Below, piece after piece: positions 46,295 through 58,628 of a DNA stretch of 64,000 nt. The position numbers and the translations under genes are program-made. Numbering within the stretch: position 1 is the first letter of the stretch; each line of letters starts with the position of its first letter. Origin of the DNA: an uncultured Alphaproteobacteria bacterium (GTDB lineage: Bacteria > Pseudomonadota > Alphaproteobacteria > Rhizobiales > Beijerinckiaceae); contig CAVSRA010000004.1 of assembly GCA_963730245.1 (NCBI GenBank), positions 170,953 through 234,952 on the forward strand, in the 5' to 3' direction. The notes below the pieces were generated by a model. That model made no database searches. It was not told where the DNA came from and was given only the letters and a program-made list of their open reading frames with translations.

Positions 46295-47244
46295 ACCAGC
46301 TGGTTCCCATCACGGCTCGCGCCCCCGCCCTCATCGCCGCCGCTGGTGAGCGCGCGCAGACGCGCTTTTGGGAATTCTTCGTCTCCAACATCCGCAACCC
46401 GCACACGCGCCGCGCCTATGGCCGCTCGATTGCGGAATTCCTCGAATGGTGCGAGCAGCACGGCCTCGCCTCGATCATCGACGTGGAGCCGCTTCACGTC
46501 GGCGCTTACATCGAGGCCGCGACCCGCAGCCACAGCGCGCCGACCGCCAAGCAGAAACTCGCCGCGATCCGCATGTTGTTCGATTGGCTCGTCACCGGCC
46601 AGATCGTGCCGACCAATCCGGCGGCGAGCGTGCGCGGCCCGAAGCATATCGTCAAAGTCGGCAAGACGGCGGTGCTCGATGTAACGGAGGCGCGCATATT
46701 GCTCGACAGCATCGATGTGACGACGCAAGCGGGTTTACGCGACCGCGCCTTGATCAGCTTGATGGTCTATTCCTTCGCGCGCGTTGGCGCGGCGCTCGCA
46801 ATGAAGGTCGAAGATGTTTACGTGCAGAACCGCCGCCTTTGGGTGCGCTTGCACGAGAAGGGCGGCAAGCGCCACGAAATGCCCTGCCATCACAACCTTG
46901 AGACCTACCTTCACGCCTATATCGACGGTTGCGGGTTAGCGAATGACCCGAAGGGCTTGCTGTTTCGCACGATTGGCCGAGGCACGGGCGAGCTCACCCT
47001 AACCCCCCTGCCCCAGCCCAATGCCTATGCCATGATCCGGCGGCGCGCGATGGCCGCCGGCATCGCTACGAAAGTCGGCAATCACAGCTTCCGCGCGACC
47101 GGCATCACCGCCTATCTCAAGAACGGCGGGACGCTCGAAAAGGCCGCTTCCATGGCGAACCACGCCTCGACGCGCACGACGCAACTGTACGACCGCCGAC
47201 GCGACGAGATGAGCCTCGACGAGGTGGAGCGCGTCGTGATTTGA
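46291..47244 (+). CDS. Tyrosine recombinase (XerC-like)
   Basis: RDRAL...FARVG, EKGGK, HSFR, NHASTRTTQLY catalytic residues. Confidence 0.92.
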   Translation: MNQLVPITARAPALIAAAGERAQTRFWEFFVSNIRNPHTRRAYGRSIAEFLEWCEQHGLASIIDVEPLHVGAYIEAATRSHSAPTAKQKLAAIRMLFDWLVTGQIVPTNPAASVRGPKHIVKVGKTAVLDVTEARILLDSIDVTTQAGLRDRALISLMVYSFARVGAALAMKVEDVYVQNRRLWVRLHEKGGKRHEMPCHHNLETYLHAYIDGCGLANDPKGLLFRTIGRGTGELTLTPLPQPNAYAMIRRRAMAAGIATKVGNHSFRATGITAYLKNGGTLEKAASMANHASTRTTQLYDRRRDEMSLDEVERVVI

Positions 47245-47249
47245 AGTGG

Positions 47250-47360
47250 GCTCACCGACCACCAGAAGCGCGAGGCGATCAACCGCCGCGATCATGGCGA
47301 GGAGAGACGCTGGCCGCAGTTACATCGTGTCCGGCTGGACGATTTCGAGGCTTTCACCTT
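47250..47360 (+). pseudogene. Resolvase HTH fragment
   Basis: LTDHQKREAINRRD...GRSYIVSGWTISRL, similar to 16870-16990. Confidence 0.6.
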
Positions 47361-47705
47361 TGCTTCTCGCGGCGAGTCACGCCGCGCCGAGCGGCGACGC
47401 GGAGATCAGTTTTGTTCAAAAGGGATACCTTGCTTGTTCAGAAAATCTAAAAATCGCGGGTCAACCGAAAGAAATCTAGTCGCCTCAAAATCTGAGTAGG
47501 TCGTGATTTTTAATGGGGTGTAAACCGGCGGCCCCTCCACCAAGCTGGATATTGTTCCGCCTATTTGCCCTGTTTCCCGTTGAAGTCCACTCGCCCACAA
47601 ACGATGCGCCTCAATGACCTCGCGCCTTCGGGTTGCATCAACTTGGATGTTTGGCATCGTCTGATCCTACTTCGTGCTCCGCTTGCAACCGATCCAAAGG
47701 GCCGG

Positions 47706-48182
47706 CTAAACCCTCTGTATCGACCGGTCTATTGGATTTACGTGTACGATTGGCTTCGCGTTCTTCTGAGCAAAGATAACAACATCACCGGTTCCACCTC
47801 CTCCTTCGGTCTGCTTGCCATCCCATACGGCAAGCATCATGTCGCTCTTCTCGACAATGGTCTTTCCAGCTTCAAAGAAGGCTCGCTCATCGTCACCGCA
47901 CCAATTGAGTTGCGTTGCCTTGCATTGATGGCGGAGCCGGCGATATCTTGCCAGATCATCGCCCCTAAAATACCGCTCATAGCCTCGCACGGGAATCACA
48001 GCCAGAACCGGGATGCCAAGATCGAGGGCCACCTCGGCGAACACTTGGTCGCTGCCGGCCGCGAGCGAGGAAAGACACTGCTCGACGCCGACAATCTTTG
48101 ACAGCTCGACCCGGATCGTATTTTTGACCCACGACCAGTCGATCCCGTCGCGACTTTGGTGGCCAGTTATGCCAATCCGCAT
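47706..48182 (-). CDS. SLOG-superfamily (YspA-like) nucleotide-binding protein
   Basis: IGITGHQ, SLAAGSDQ, SDMMLAVWDG, GGTGDVV. Confidence 0.85.
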   Translation of the reverse strand: MRIGITGHQSRDGIDWSWVKNTIRVELSKIVGVEQCLSSLAAGSDQVFAEVALDLGIPVLAVIPVRGYERYFRGDDLARYRRLRHQCKATQLNWCGDDERAFFEAGKTIVEKSDMMLAVWDGKQTEGGGGTGDVVIFAQKNAKPIVHVNPIDRSIQRV

Positions 48183-48184
48183 GA

Positions 48185-49151
48185 TCAGATGCGGCCGTCG
48201 TTCACGAGCTTCAGGTAGAACCGCCCGAGATCGGTCAGCACCACATGCCCTGAACGCTCGGCTGTCCAATATAGATCATCGCCGACTTTTGGCCGGAGTA
48301 AACCCGCGATCTGGAGCCGTTTGAATTTTTTGAAGATCGCTACGTTTTCCGGCTTTGCGCAGCCCTGGTGCGTTTCCTCATAGGTCATATCAAGCCGATA
48401 CTCGTGGGCCGCAGTCGGGAAAAATGTCCGCATCTCTCTGAGTAGGGAGTCGGGAACCGCTGGCTCGCAAACTCTCACTGGTTCAAGGTGCGCCGCGTGG
48501 GATTTGTAGAGGGGGCGCTGAAGAACCCAGGGCCGCTTCGGCATAGGCGTAGATCGACGCGGCCGAGACCTGCCCCCGGACGTTAGCAGCGCCGCCTCTC
48601 AGAGCACCCAGCACGAGCTTGGTAAAGACGCCATGGCCGCCGATCTCCATAGATGCCTGCGTGGGTCGCGAGGCGGCTAAGATGGTGACCCCTTCGCGTA
48701 GGATTGCCTTGTTTTCGAGGCCGCCGGCCTGCAGGCTAGCCGGGTTTCTGGCGGAACCGCTAAAGCAACAATCCAGGATAAGCAGGACAGTCTTGGCGGA
48801 TGAATTGTTGGCCATGTCGACCAAATCTTGCATCGCCAAGCCGGGATCGTCCGATGTTCCCTCCTGGGTGAAAAGATACACGCCGACCTCGGTCGGCGTG
48901 CCATGCCCAGAGAAGTAGAAGAGTACGTCGCCACGAAAATCCTGAAACAGCTCGCGCCATTGCTGGCGTAAAAGCCCTCGGGTCACCGGCTGCAATCCTG
49001 GGCTAGTCAGCAGCCTGCACTCGAAATTAACGCTGTCGTCGCCATTGCGCGCCAGCACCTCTGCCGTAGCCTAGGCGTCCGGGACGCAGCTTGTCAGCGA
49101 AGTGACGTGATCGTAGTTGTTGATACCTACGAGCAGAGCGCGCTTAGGCAT
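48185..49151 (-). pseudogene. Caspase-like peptidase C14 (in-frame TAG at 49071, frameshift near 48520)
   Basis: KRALLVGINNY, FYFSGHG (His), ILDCCFSG (Cys), HGVFTKLV, QRPLYKS. Confidence 0.85.
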
Positions 49152-49163
49152 GGGCATTCAAAC

Positions 49164-49548
49164 TCAGAGGCCATCGAGAAACGACTTGATGTTGTCCCAT
49201 GTCCACCCGGCCTTCTTCACGCCAGTGTACTCGGTTGGAAGGGTCGGGGGACGGTCATCGATCGGTATAGATGGCGATGACAGGGACGCTTTCCTCTTTC
49301 GCGGTTTTGACCTCCCAAACCGCGCCGACGGCCTTGGCAGTATTTTTGCTCACGAAGGCAATCATGCCATCGCATCCTTTGATGCGGGAGCGATACTGTG
49401 TCTTCCACTTTTCGTCGAAAGGTTCATTGATCGACATGTTGGTGAACTCGAACGGTCTCTTACCGAGCTTCGCTTGCCCAACAAGACGTTCTTTCGCCCA
49501 TTTGTCGTCGATGGCGAAGCTGATGAAAATACGATTTTTGGTAGCCAA
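49164..49548 (-). pseudogene. ThsB-like TIR protein (frameshift near 49263)
   Basis: RIFISFA, RSRIKGCDGMI, catalytic VWEV; continues DDRPPTLP...WTWDNIKSFLDGL*. Confidence 0.82.
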
Positions 49549-49789
49549 GTTCGCCCCCCTATCGTATTGAGCCTAGACACACGACACAACCATAGCAAGA
49601 GCTGAAATAGTACCTCAACCGACTGTATTAAAGGCCGATTGTGCGCTCCTACAACGTCCTGGACGATTTCGAGGCTCCGGCAACCCTCTCTCTGCGCCGA
49701 GTGCGTCGTTGAAACCGGCACACTCGAAAGCACCGTTATGACCCTGCAGAAGCCAACGGTTCCAGTCATATTTGTCAGTTACGCCCGAC

Positions 49790-50277
49790 GCCCTGCGTGG
49801 ACAGGATCCGGTTGGGGAGCGCAGTGCGGTTCGAAAGGCGCCGAACATGGCCGATCTTGCTTCTGATTATCTCGAACGCCATGCCGTTCCCAAGAAGCGC
49901 CCTAAGAGCGTTCGAGATGATCGGGGTATGTTGGAGAACGTTATCCTCCCCGCGGTTGGAACCAAGAAGGTTGCGTCAATCGACCGCCGGGAAGTCGAGT
50001 CGATGCACCTCCGTCTGAACGACCGCCCATATCAAGCAAACCGGGTGCTCGCCTTGATCTCGAAAATGCTCAATTTGGCCGTCGAGTGGGGTTGGAGGCG
50101 CGACAATCCTGCCAGGGGAATCCAGCGGTATCGAGAGGAAAAGCGTGACCGATGGCTCACGGACGAAGAGCTTTCGCGCCTGGTCCGCGTATTGGAGGAC
50201 CATCCGAACGCGCGCGCGGCCAATGCTGTTCGACTGCAGTTATTGACAGGTGCGCGCATGGGCGAGGTGCTCAAGGC
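49790..50277 (+). pseudogene. Phage-type tyrosine integrase fragment truncated by IS66
   Basis: PYQANRVLAL, DNPARGI, LLTGARMGE. Confidence 0.8.
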
Positions 50278-52868
50278 GTAAGCGCGGTCTAGAGACCGCC
50301 TTGCATTGTTTGAGCTGATTGGGCTGTTTGTGCGTTCCAAGTTCGGAGCGCCGAATGGTCAGCCAAAGTGATGCGGATACGAGCAGTCATACGACCGGTC
50401 GTATGAGTAGTTCGAAGGCGCGTGTTCAAATTGTCGGGCGCGTTTCGGGACGGCGCAACTGGACGGTGGAGCAGAAGCTCGCGATCATTGGCGAAGCCTT
50501 CACGTCGGGTTCATCTGTGGCGAGCACGATTGAGTGGCACGAGATCAGCAGCGGCCAGCTTTATACATGGCGTCGGCAATTGCTTGACGGTGAACTTGGC
50601 GGAGTTCGCAACGGCAATCTGGCGCAGCAAAACGGACTGGGATTTGCGCGGGTCGAACTTGCGCCACCGTGCGAAACGCCTGCGCTGCCACCAGCCTTGA
50701 CAATGACATCGTCGCCATCGTCGAAAGGCGCGTGCGAGAGGTCTGACGATCGCTGTGGGGTGATAGAGATCGAGCTTCGCTCCGGCGTGCGTGTGTGGGT
50801 TCGCGAAGGGGCCGACGGCGCATTGCTGACATCCGTTCTCGATGCACTGGGCGCTCGATGATCGCGTTGCCGGCGCACGGGCGCGTTTATCTGGCCTGTG
50901 GCTCAACCGACATGCGGCGCGGCTTTGATGGCCTGGCTGTCATGGTGCAGGAAGTCTTGATGCAGGATCCGCATTCGGGCGCACTGTTCGCGTTCAAGGG
51001 CAAGCGCGGCGATCTAATCAAGCTGTTGTGGTGGGATGGTCAGGGTCTGTGTTTGTTCGCCAAGCGTCTGGAAAAGGGACGCTTCATCTGGCCGATGGCG
51101 GCGACGGGAACCGTATCTCTGTCGGCGGCGCAACTGGCGATGCTGCCTGAAGGCATTGACTGGCGCGCGCCCGTGCGGAGCTGGCATCCCCAACTTGCGG
51201 GTTGAAAAAGCATTGAATTGCTTGGTTTTTCTGGCATTTTTGGCCGTTTATGATACAAGTTTTGGGTGCCAGACAACGCTGCCTCGCTTCCCGATGACAT
51301 TGAATCCTTGCGCCGCCTCGTGGCTGCGCAACGCTCTGAGCTCGACGGCGAACGCGCCGCGCGGATGGCGGTGGAAGGCGCACTTCTCAGCCGCGATTTG
51401 TTGATCGAGAAACTTAAAGTTCAGATCGCGCGATTGAAGCGGATGCATTTTGGCCGCTCTTCGGAAAAGCTGGCGAGCGAGATCGCCCAGCTCGAACTAG
51501 CGCTGGAGGAACTGGAGACGGCGGAAGCCGAATTGCCGCGGCTCCCGGCATCGTCCATCCGCGAACGCAAGACGCCAGATAGATCACTGCCCGCGCATTT
51601 GCCGCGTGAAGAAATCGTGCATCTGCCGGCGAGTGGCGATTGCGTGTGCCCTGCATGCGGCGGCACTCTTCGCCGTCTCGCGGAAGACGCCGATGAAACG
51701 CTCGACATCGAACCCGTCGTCTTCAAGGTCGCGCGGCACATTCGTCCGAAGTTCTCCTGCCGGGTGTGCGAGAAGAGCGTGCAGGCATCAGCGCCTGACA
51801 AGGCCATCGCGCGGGGCAAGGCGAGCTTCCGCGTGATTGGACACATCATCGTCTCCAAGTATGATCATCATCTTCCGCTGTATCGCCAGGCCGAGATGAT
51901 GGCGGCTCAGGGCATCGATATCGACCGCTCGACGCTGGCGGGCTGGACCGGTCAGGGCGCGGCGTTGCTTGATCCGATCGTGGCGCGCATCAGGGAAATG
52001 GTTTTGTCAGCGTCAAAGCTCCACACCGACGACACGCCCGTGCCCATGCTCGATCCCGGCAATGGCAAAACGAAGACCGCGCGGTTGTGGGTCCATGCCA
52101 TTGATGATCGCGCGCATGGCGGGCTGGCAAAACCCGCCGTCTGGTTCGCTTTCACCACCGACCGGCGCGCTGAACATCCCAAATCGATGCTGAAAGATTT
52201 TCGCGGTCATCTGCAAGCCGACGCCTATCCAGGTTATGACGATCTCTACCGCACGGGACGCATCGTCGAAGTTGCCTGCTGGGGACATGCACAGCGCAAG
52301 ATCTTCGATCTGCATGAAAACAGGCCACTGCCGTGACGACTGAACTGCTGGAACGGATTGCGCGCCTCTACAGTGTGGAGGAAGAGGTGCGTGGACAACC
52401 GCCCGACACAAGACGCGCGACGCGGCAGGCACGATCAAAGCCGCAACTCGACGAACTGAAAGCCCGCATGGAGGAGATCCGTGCCAAGCTTTCGGCGAAA
52501 GGCGCGCTTGCCGTCGCCATCTTACGCGCTTAAACGCTGGCCGGCGCTGATCCGCTATTGCGAGAACGGGCGTCTGGAGATCGACAATCTTATTGCCGAA
52601 CGCGCGCTTCGAGGCGTCGCCATCGGGCGTCGCAACTGGCTCTTCGCTGGCTCAAAGGCGGGTGGCGAACGAGCAGCGGCAATCTACACCATCATCGAAA
52701 CTTGCAAACTGAACGGCGTCGAACCCTTCGCCTACATCAGCAGCGTCATCCAGAAGATCGCCGAAGGATGGCCCAACAGCCGCATCGATGAACTCATGCC
52801 ATGGGCCTGGAGCCCCGTCGCTCAGCAGAAAGCCGCATGACGATCTGCGGTCTTCAGACCACGCTTAC
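50278..52868 (+). mobile_element. IS66-family element (tnpA, tnpB, frameshifted tnpC)
   Basis: IRs GTAAGCGCGGTCTAGAGACCGC / GCGGTCTTCAGACCACGCTTAC; tnpB 50858..51205 (DMRRGFDGL, KRLEKGRF); tnpC 51266..52840; no matching TSD. Confidence 0.93.
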
Positions 52869-52869
52869 A

Positions 52870-52985
52870 GAGGGCGTTGCGCGCTTCGCCTTTGTTGAGG
52901 CCGGCATTGGTTCTCCGGCGCAAGGCGGGGTCGCTGATCCAGTCGAGTGTGAACAAGGTGCGTTCCAGGCGGCCGATTTCGCGTC
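52870..52985 (-). mobile_element. Tn3-family transposase fragment
   Basis: [38 protein letters not shown]. Confidence 0.8.
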
Positions 52986-52988
52986 AGG

Positions 52989-53489
52989 ATGTCACGAGTG
53001 CTCGTGATCCTGGCGATTGTCGCCTCAGCGCTGGTCATCGGATATCATTTTGTCTATCCGACCATTTCCTATCACGCTCGTCTGTCCGTCCTGGTCGATC
53101 GCGGCGGGCAAACGATGGTCGGCTCCTCCGTTGTCGAAATCAGCGTAATCTCGTTCCCTACCTTCGGAGGTCTCTTGGACGAAGGAGTCGAACTTCGTTC
53201 GCGTGGAGAAGCGGCGTTCCTCGACCTGGGCGACGGGAAGAACCTGATTGCGCTGCTCGGAATGGGAGGGTTCTCTCACGATGATATTGTCAAGATCGCT
53301 CAGACAACATTCTTCGGTGAGGCTTACGGGCCGAAGATTTCGACGCTTGGCTCAACGGCTCGCCCGGCGCGGACGCTGCGGCCGGCCTCCGAAAGCGCGC
53401 TGCTTGAATGGCCGGTGTCGCGGCGCGTGAATCGCGCCGGCGTCGGCGAGGATGATCCGACGATTATTGAAAAGGCGGAAGCGGCTTAG
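52989..53489 (+). pseudogene. Chimera of an exported hypothetical N-terminus and an SRAP C-terminal fragment
   Basis: RGEAAFLDLGDGKNLIALL, then LRPASESALLEWPVSRRVN. Confidence 0.5.
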
Positions 53490-54426
53490 TTGGCGCGGCT
53501 CGCGTCAGATGCCCTCTGCTTTTCGATAACAAGTCGACCGTGAAATCGACGAAGGTTCGCACCTTGGCGGCCCTTAATTGGCGAGAGGGATAGAGCGCAT
53601 AACGAGGAAACAATTCGCCTGGCCAGTCCGGAAACAAGTCGATCAGTCTGCCCTGCTTAAGCAGGTCCGTCGAACCCAGCTGCATGATCTGCGCGATTCC
53701 GACACCGGCTTCGCAGGCGCTAAGCATCGCACCGACATCCGAAACCATAAGGCGGGCCGACGGCTTGACCGGCAAGACTTCCTTGCCGTTGCGGAATTCC
53801 CATTCGAACGGACAGGCATTGGCCGCGTCGTAAAAATCGATGCAAGGCAGCTTCGCCACTTCGGAAGGGTGCTTCGGCCGTCCGTGGCGCTCGGTGTAGG
53901 CAGGTGAGGCGACCGTAAGAATGCGCGTTTCGATCAGCTTGCGCGCAATCAGCGATCCGCCCGGCGGCTCGCCGAACCGCAGCGCGAGATCGAACCCGTC
54001 CGCAACCAGATCGCCGATATGGTCACGCATGATGAGTTCAAGGCGTACCTGCGGATGGCGATCAAGAAAGCTGGCAACCTGGGCGGCGAGCACAATGCGC
54101 GAAAAGAACGGATCGACATTGACCCGAAGGCGGCCTCGTACGGTGCCCGCCGAGCCCGAGGCCGTCATTGCTGCCTGCTCAATGCCGTCCAGATGCGGCC
54201 CAACCTCCTCATAGAAGCGCCGCCCTTCATCGGTGAGGGTCATGGTGCGCGTGGTGCGCGCAAGCAACCGGACGCCAACGCGCGCTTCCAGCCGCGTGAT
54301 CGCCCGACCGACCCCGGACGAGGTTAGGCCCAGCGCCGCGGCGGCGCGGGCCATGGAGCCGGCTTCGACAACGGCCATAAGGACCGTCACATCGGAGAGG
54401 AGACGGCCGTCATAGGGCATCGCCAT
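53464..54426 (-). CDS. LysR-family regulator
   Basis: GSMARAAAALG..SGVGRAITRLEARVGVRLLARTTR; DLVADGFDLALR. Confidence 0.92.
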   Translation of the reverse strand: MAMPYDGRLLSDVTVLMAVVEAGSMARAAAALGLTSSGVGRAITRLEARVGVRLLARTTRTMTLTDEGRRFYEEVGPHLDGIEQAAMTASGSAGTVRGRLRVNVDPFFSRIVLAAQVASFLDRHPQVRLELIMRDHIGDLVADGFDLALRFGEPPGGSLIARKLIETRILTVASPAYTERHGRPKHPSEVAKLPCIDFYDAANACPFEWEFRNGKEVLPVKPSARLMVSDVGAMLSACEAGVGIAQIMQLGSTDLLKQGRLIDLFPDWPGELFPRYALYPSRQLRAAKVRTFVDFTVDLLSKSRGHLTRAAPTKPLPPFQ

Positions 54427-54602
54427 TCCTGATTCCAAATCCGCAGTCTATGGACTTTTCGGCGCTGGAATCAAGATAAAAGGCGTGGCAACTTATCTTT
54501 CGAGGCAGGGCGTCTTCGCCCTCCTGCGAACTCATCGAGAGGCAGAGCAGCACCGCGCGCTAGGCGCATCGGTCGTGCACGCGCCGGAATCGGAGATAGG
54601 AC

Positions 54603-57600
54603 ATGGCCGCAGCATTGACTGCACTGATCGTTGGCGCCTCGCGCGGGTTGGGCTTCTCGCTGGCCGAGGAATGGCTGAAGCGCAACGCGCACGTCATCGC
54701 CACTCAACGCGGTCCGTCTCGCGAACTCGTCACGCTTCAAGTCCGATATCCGGGTAGCCTGGAAATCGAGACCGTCGATATCGCCGACGCAGCTGCCGTG
54801 CGCGCCTTGCGCCAAAGGCTTAATGGACGCCGGCTCGACGTGCTCTTCGTCAATGCCGGCATCTGCAAGGCGAACGAAGAGACGCCCTCGACGGTCGATG
54901 AAGAGGACTTCGTCGACATGATGCTGACGAATGCGCTGAGCCCGATGCGCTTCGTCGAACTTTATGAAGACCTCGTGCCCGGTAGCGGCGTGATCGCCGT
55001 CATGACCTCCGAGCTCGGCAGTATCGCCAGTAACAGAGGTTTCTGGGAGCTCTTCAAGGCCGCTCTCAACATGCTGATGAAATGCTTTGTGAATAAGCAT
55101 GGAATAAGGACCCCGCTTTTGGGGTGATTTGCATCCAATCGGGACCCCGGGGCTGAGGGTCCACAGTGGCCTCCTGGATTTTGGGAGGCCGAGATTGGAA
55201 TGCTGGTTGTGGAAACGATCGCCAAGATTCGCCGGGCGTTTTTTGTTCAGAAAAAGCCGATCAAGGAGATTTGCCGGGAGCTGCACGTCTCCAGAAAGGT
55301 CGTCCGGAAGGTCATCCGATCCGAAGCGACCGAGTTCCATTACGAACGCTTGACGCAGCCGCTTCCCAAGATCGGACCGTGGCGGGAGCGGCTGGATTCC
55401 CTGCTGTTGGAGAATGCAGAAAAATCGGCGCGCGAGCGGCTGACGCTTGTTCGGCTATTCGAAGAACTGCGCAGCCTTGGTTATGCCGGAAGCTACGACG
55501 CGGTTCGCCGTTACGCGAAAACGTGGCGCAAGGAACGCGGTGTGGCGCTGGCGCAGGCTTATGTGCCGCTCACCTTTGCTCCCGGCGAGGCCTATCAGTT
55601 CGACTGGAGCCATGAAATCGTCGTGCTGAACGGCGCGACGGTGACCGTGAAGGTCGCCCATATGCGGCTCTGTCACAGCCGCATGCCGTTTGTCCGCGCC
55701 TATCCACGCGAGACCCAAGAGATGGTCTTTGACGCGCATGACCGCGCCTTTGCCTTTTTCAAAGGCGCCTGCGAGCGCGGCATTTATGACAATATGAAAA
55801 CCGCGGTGGAGACAATCTTCGCCGGCAAGGACCGGCAATACAATCGCCGCTTCCTTCAAATGTGCGGGCATTATCTCGTCGAGCCAGTGGCCTGCACGCC
55901 GGCCTCGGGCTGGGAAAAGGGCCAGGTCGAGAACCAGGTCGGCTTGGTGCGTGAGCGCTTTTTCACGCCGCGCCTGAGATTCAAGAGCTATGACGAATTG
56001 AATGCCTGGCTCCTCGACAAATGTGTCGCTTACGCCAAGGCGCATCGTCATCCAGAATGCGCCAGCCGCACGATCTGGGAGGTTTTCGAGGACGAACGGC
56101 AAAAGCTCGTGCAACTGCGCGGCCGCTTCGACGGCTTCCATGCAGTGAGCGCGGCGGTGTCCAAGACCTGCCTTATCCGGTTCGATAACAACAAATACTC
56201 GGTGAAGGCGCGCGCGGTCGGGCGTCCGGTCGAAATCCACGCTTATGCAGACCGGATCGTCATTCGCCAGGACGGGATCGCCGCCGGCGAACATCGGCGA
56301 TCCTTTGGCCGCGAAGAGACGATTTACGATCCCTGGCATTACGTTCCGGTTCTGGCCCGCAAGCCCGGCGCTCTGAGGAATGGCGCGCCGTTCAAGGACT
56401 GGGTCTTGCCCTCGGCCATGGAGAAAATTCGCCGCAAACTCACCGGCTCCGCCGATGGCGATCGGCAGATGGTGAAAATCCTCGCGGCGGTTCTCGACGA
56501 CGGGCTGCCGGCGGTCGAGGCCGCCTGTGCCGAGGCGTTGAGCGAGGGCGTCCATTCCGCCGACGTCGTTCTCAACATTCTGGCGCGTCGCCGTGATCCC
56601 GGTCCGCCACTCACCATACTCACCCCGGACGCGCTGAAACTCCGGCACGTCCCGCTCGCCGATTGTGCCCGGTACGATCAACTGAGGAGTTCAGGCTGAT
56701 GGAACGCACGCAAATCTTCGACCTCATGAGCGAACTCAAGCTCTTCGGCATGCGAACCGCCTATGATGATGTGATGGCGGCTGGCATAAAGCGGCAGCAC
56801 GAGCCGCCACAAATCGTCGGCGATCTTCTTAAGGCCGAAATTGCCGAAAAGCAGGCGCGCTCCATCAAATATCAGATGACCATCGCCAAACTCCCTCTGG
56901 CCAAGGACATCGATGACTTCGACTTTGACGGCACGACCGTCAACGAAACCCTGGTGCGTGATCTTTCTGGAGGCGGCTTCATCGCGCAGCAACGCAACGT
57001 CGTTCTCGTGGGGGGCACCGGGACCGGCAAGACGCATCTCGCCATTGCCATCGCGCGAAGCTGCATCCGCGCCGGCCTGCGCGGCCGCTTCTTCAATACA
57101 GTCGATCTCGTCAATCGCCTGGAGGCCGAAGCACGCGCAGGGCGGCAGGGACGAATCGCCGATTACCTCACTCGCAAGGACTTCACCGTTCTCGACGAAC
57201 TCGGCTATCTGCCCTTCGCTCAGGCTGGCGGGTGCTCTTCCATCTCGTTAGCCAGCTCTACGAACGCACCTCGGTGATCGTCACGACCAATCTGGCGTTC
57301 GGCGAATGGCCGAGCGTCTTCGGCGACGCCAAGATGACGACCGCGCTCCTCGATCGTCTCACCCATCACTGCGACATCGTCGAAACCGGAAATGAAAGCT
57401 GGCGCTTCAAAAACCGCGCCTAGCGCTCAAAGCCCCCTCCCACGCCACCGCGCTCGCCCCGGCTGCGCAACCCTGACCAGCTCCGCCGGGGGCGAGCGCT
57501 GTCGTTCCTCCCCGCCAAAAGGGGTACCTTTTGCACACCGATCCGGGGTCCCGATTCAATGCTGTTTGACAATGCTTCTCGGGCCGCCATGCCGGCGACC

Positions 57601-57773
57601 CGCGCGCCCTTCTGCTGGTCGCGCCGGGCTGGGTTCGGACAGACATGGGGACGTCGGCGGCCACTCTGTCGGTCGAGGAGAGCATCCCGCTCGTAGTGGA
57701 AAGCGTCGAGCGCAGCCGCGGGAAGGCCGGCCTGCGCTTCATCGACCGAAACGGTCGAACAGTGCCCTGGTGA
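54603..57773 (+). pseudogene. Short-chain dehydrogenase split by IS21
   Basis: IVGASRGLG, LFVNAG, KAALNMLMKC|FSGRHAGDPRALLLVAPGWVRTDMG...GRTVPW*. Confidence 0.85.
55088..57571 (+). mobile_element. IS21-family element (istA intact, istB frameshifted)
   Basis: TG...CA ends, TSD ATGCTT; istA 55200..56699; istB 56699..57423 with [14 protein letters not shown]. Confidence 0.93.
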
Positions 57774-58136
57774 AATCAACAACAACGGAGGAAGTCATGG
57801 ATACGATCACCACCCAAGATATCAGCATCCCGCAGGCGGCCTGATTTTCCCTACCGGAGAGGGGCGGTTTTCGCATATCTACCTGAGCTGAGTCAGGAAC
57901 CGATATTTTTTGAAGGCTTTGTGAGGAAATAGGGGGAAAGATTCCACGATCCCCTTAGAGTGCGTTTTGGAACAGATTCTGCGATGACCCCCATAAGCCC
58001 CATTCTGTCCAGTCGCGGCGTGTTGCAGATGTTTTGATATTTGCACTTCCACCCGCGCCAGTTACAGGGCGGGGCCTGATCTCCCGCGTCCACGCACGCG
58101 CCCTTTCCGGTATTTCAGCCGATGATCCCGTCCTTC

Positions 58137-58628
58137 TCAAAGCAGACGCGTCACACTCCCGCCGCGCGTTCCAACTCGGCAGCGTCCAGCTTCACCATGC
58201 CCTGCATAGCGGCGAAGACGCGCGCAGAAACGGCCGGATCTAGGTCGGCCAGAAGGCGGGGGAGGACCTCCGGGCACGATCTGCCAGGGGACCCCCCACC
58301 GATCGCGCAGCCAGCCGCACATGATCTCCGCTCCGGCGTCGGCCGTGAGCGCTGCCCACAGCCGATCAATTTCGGCTTGATCAGCGCATCGCACTGAGAT
58401 CGAAACGGCAGTGCCATATTCTACCGGCGCGCCGCCGTTGAGCGCCTGGAAGCTCTGGCCCCCAAGGCGAAAGCTGATCAAGATGACATCTCCAGCCTCG
58501 CCGCCGGGCCAAGCACCCCGCGAGCGCTGGATATGGTGGATCGTGGAACCTGGCACGATGGACGTAGAAGCGGACGGCCGATTCCGCGTCCTTCCCGAAC
58601 CATAGACACGTGCTGACTTCGGACATAT
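58137..58628 (-). pseudogene. VOC/PhnB-like protein, frameshifted
   Basis: VSTCLWF, FQALNGG, CGWLRDRWGVPWQIVP, MVKLDAAEL. Confidence 0.8.

Noticed and set aside
55455-56681. 408-aa minus-strand ORF
   Set aside because: Antisense to istA.
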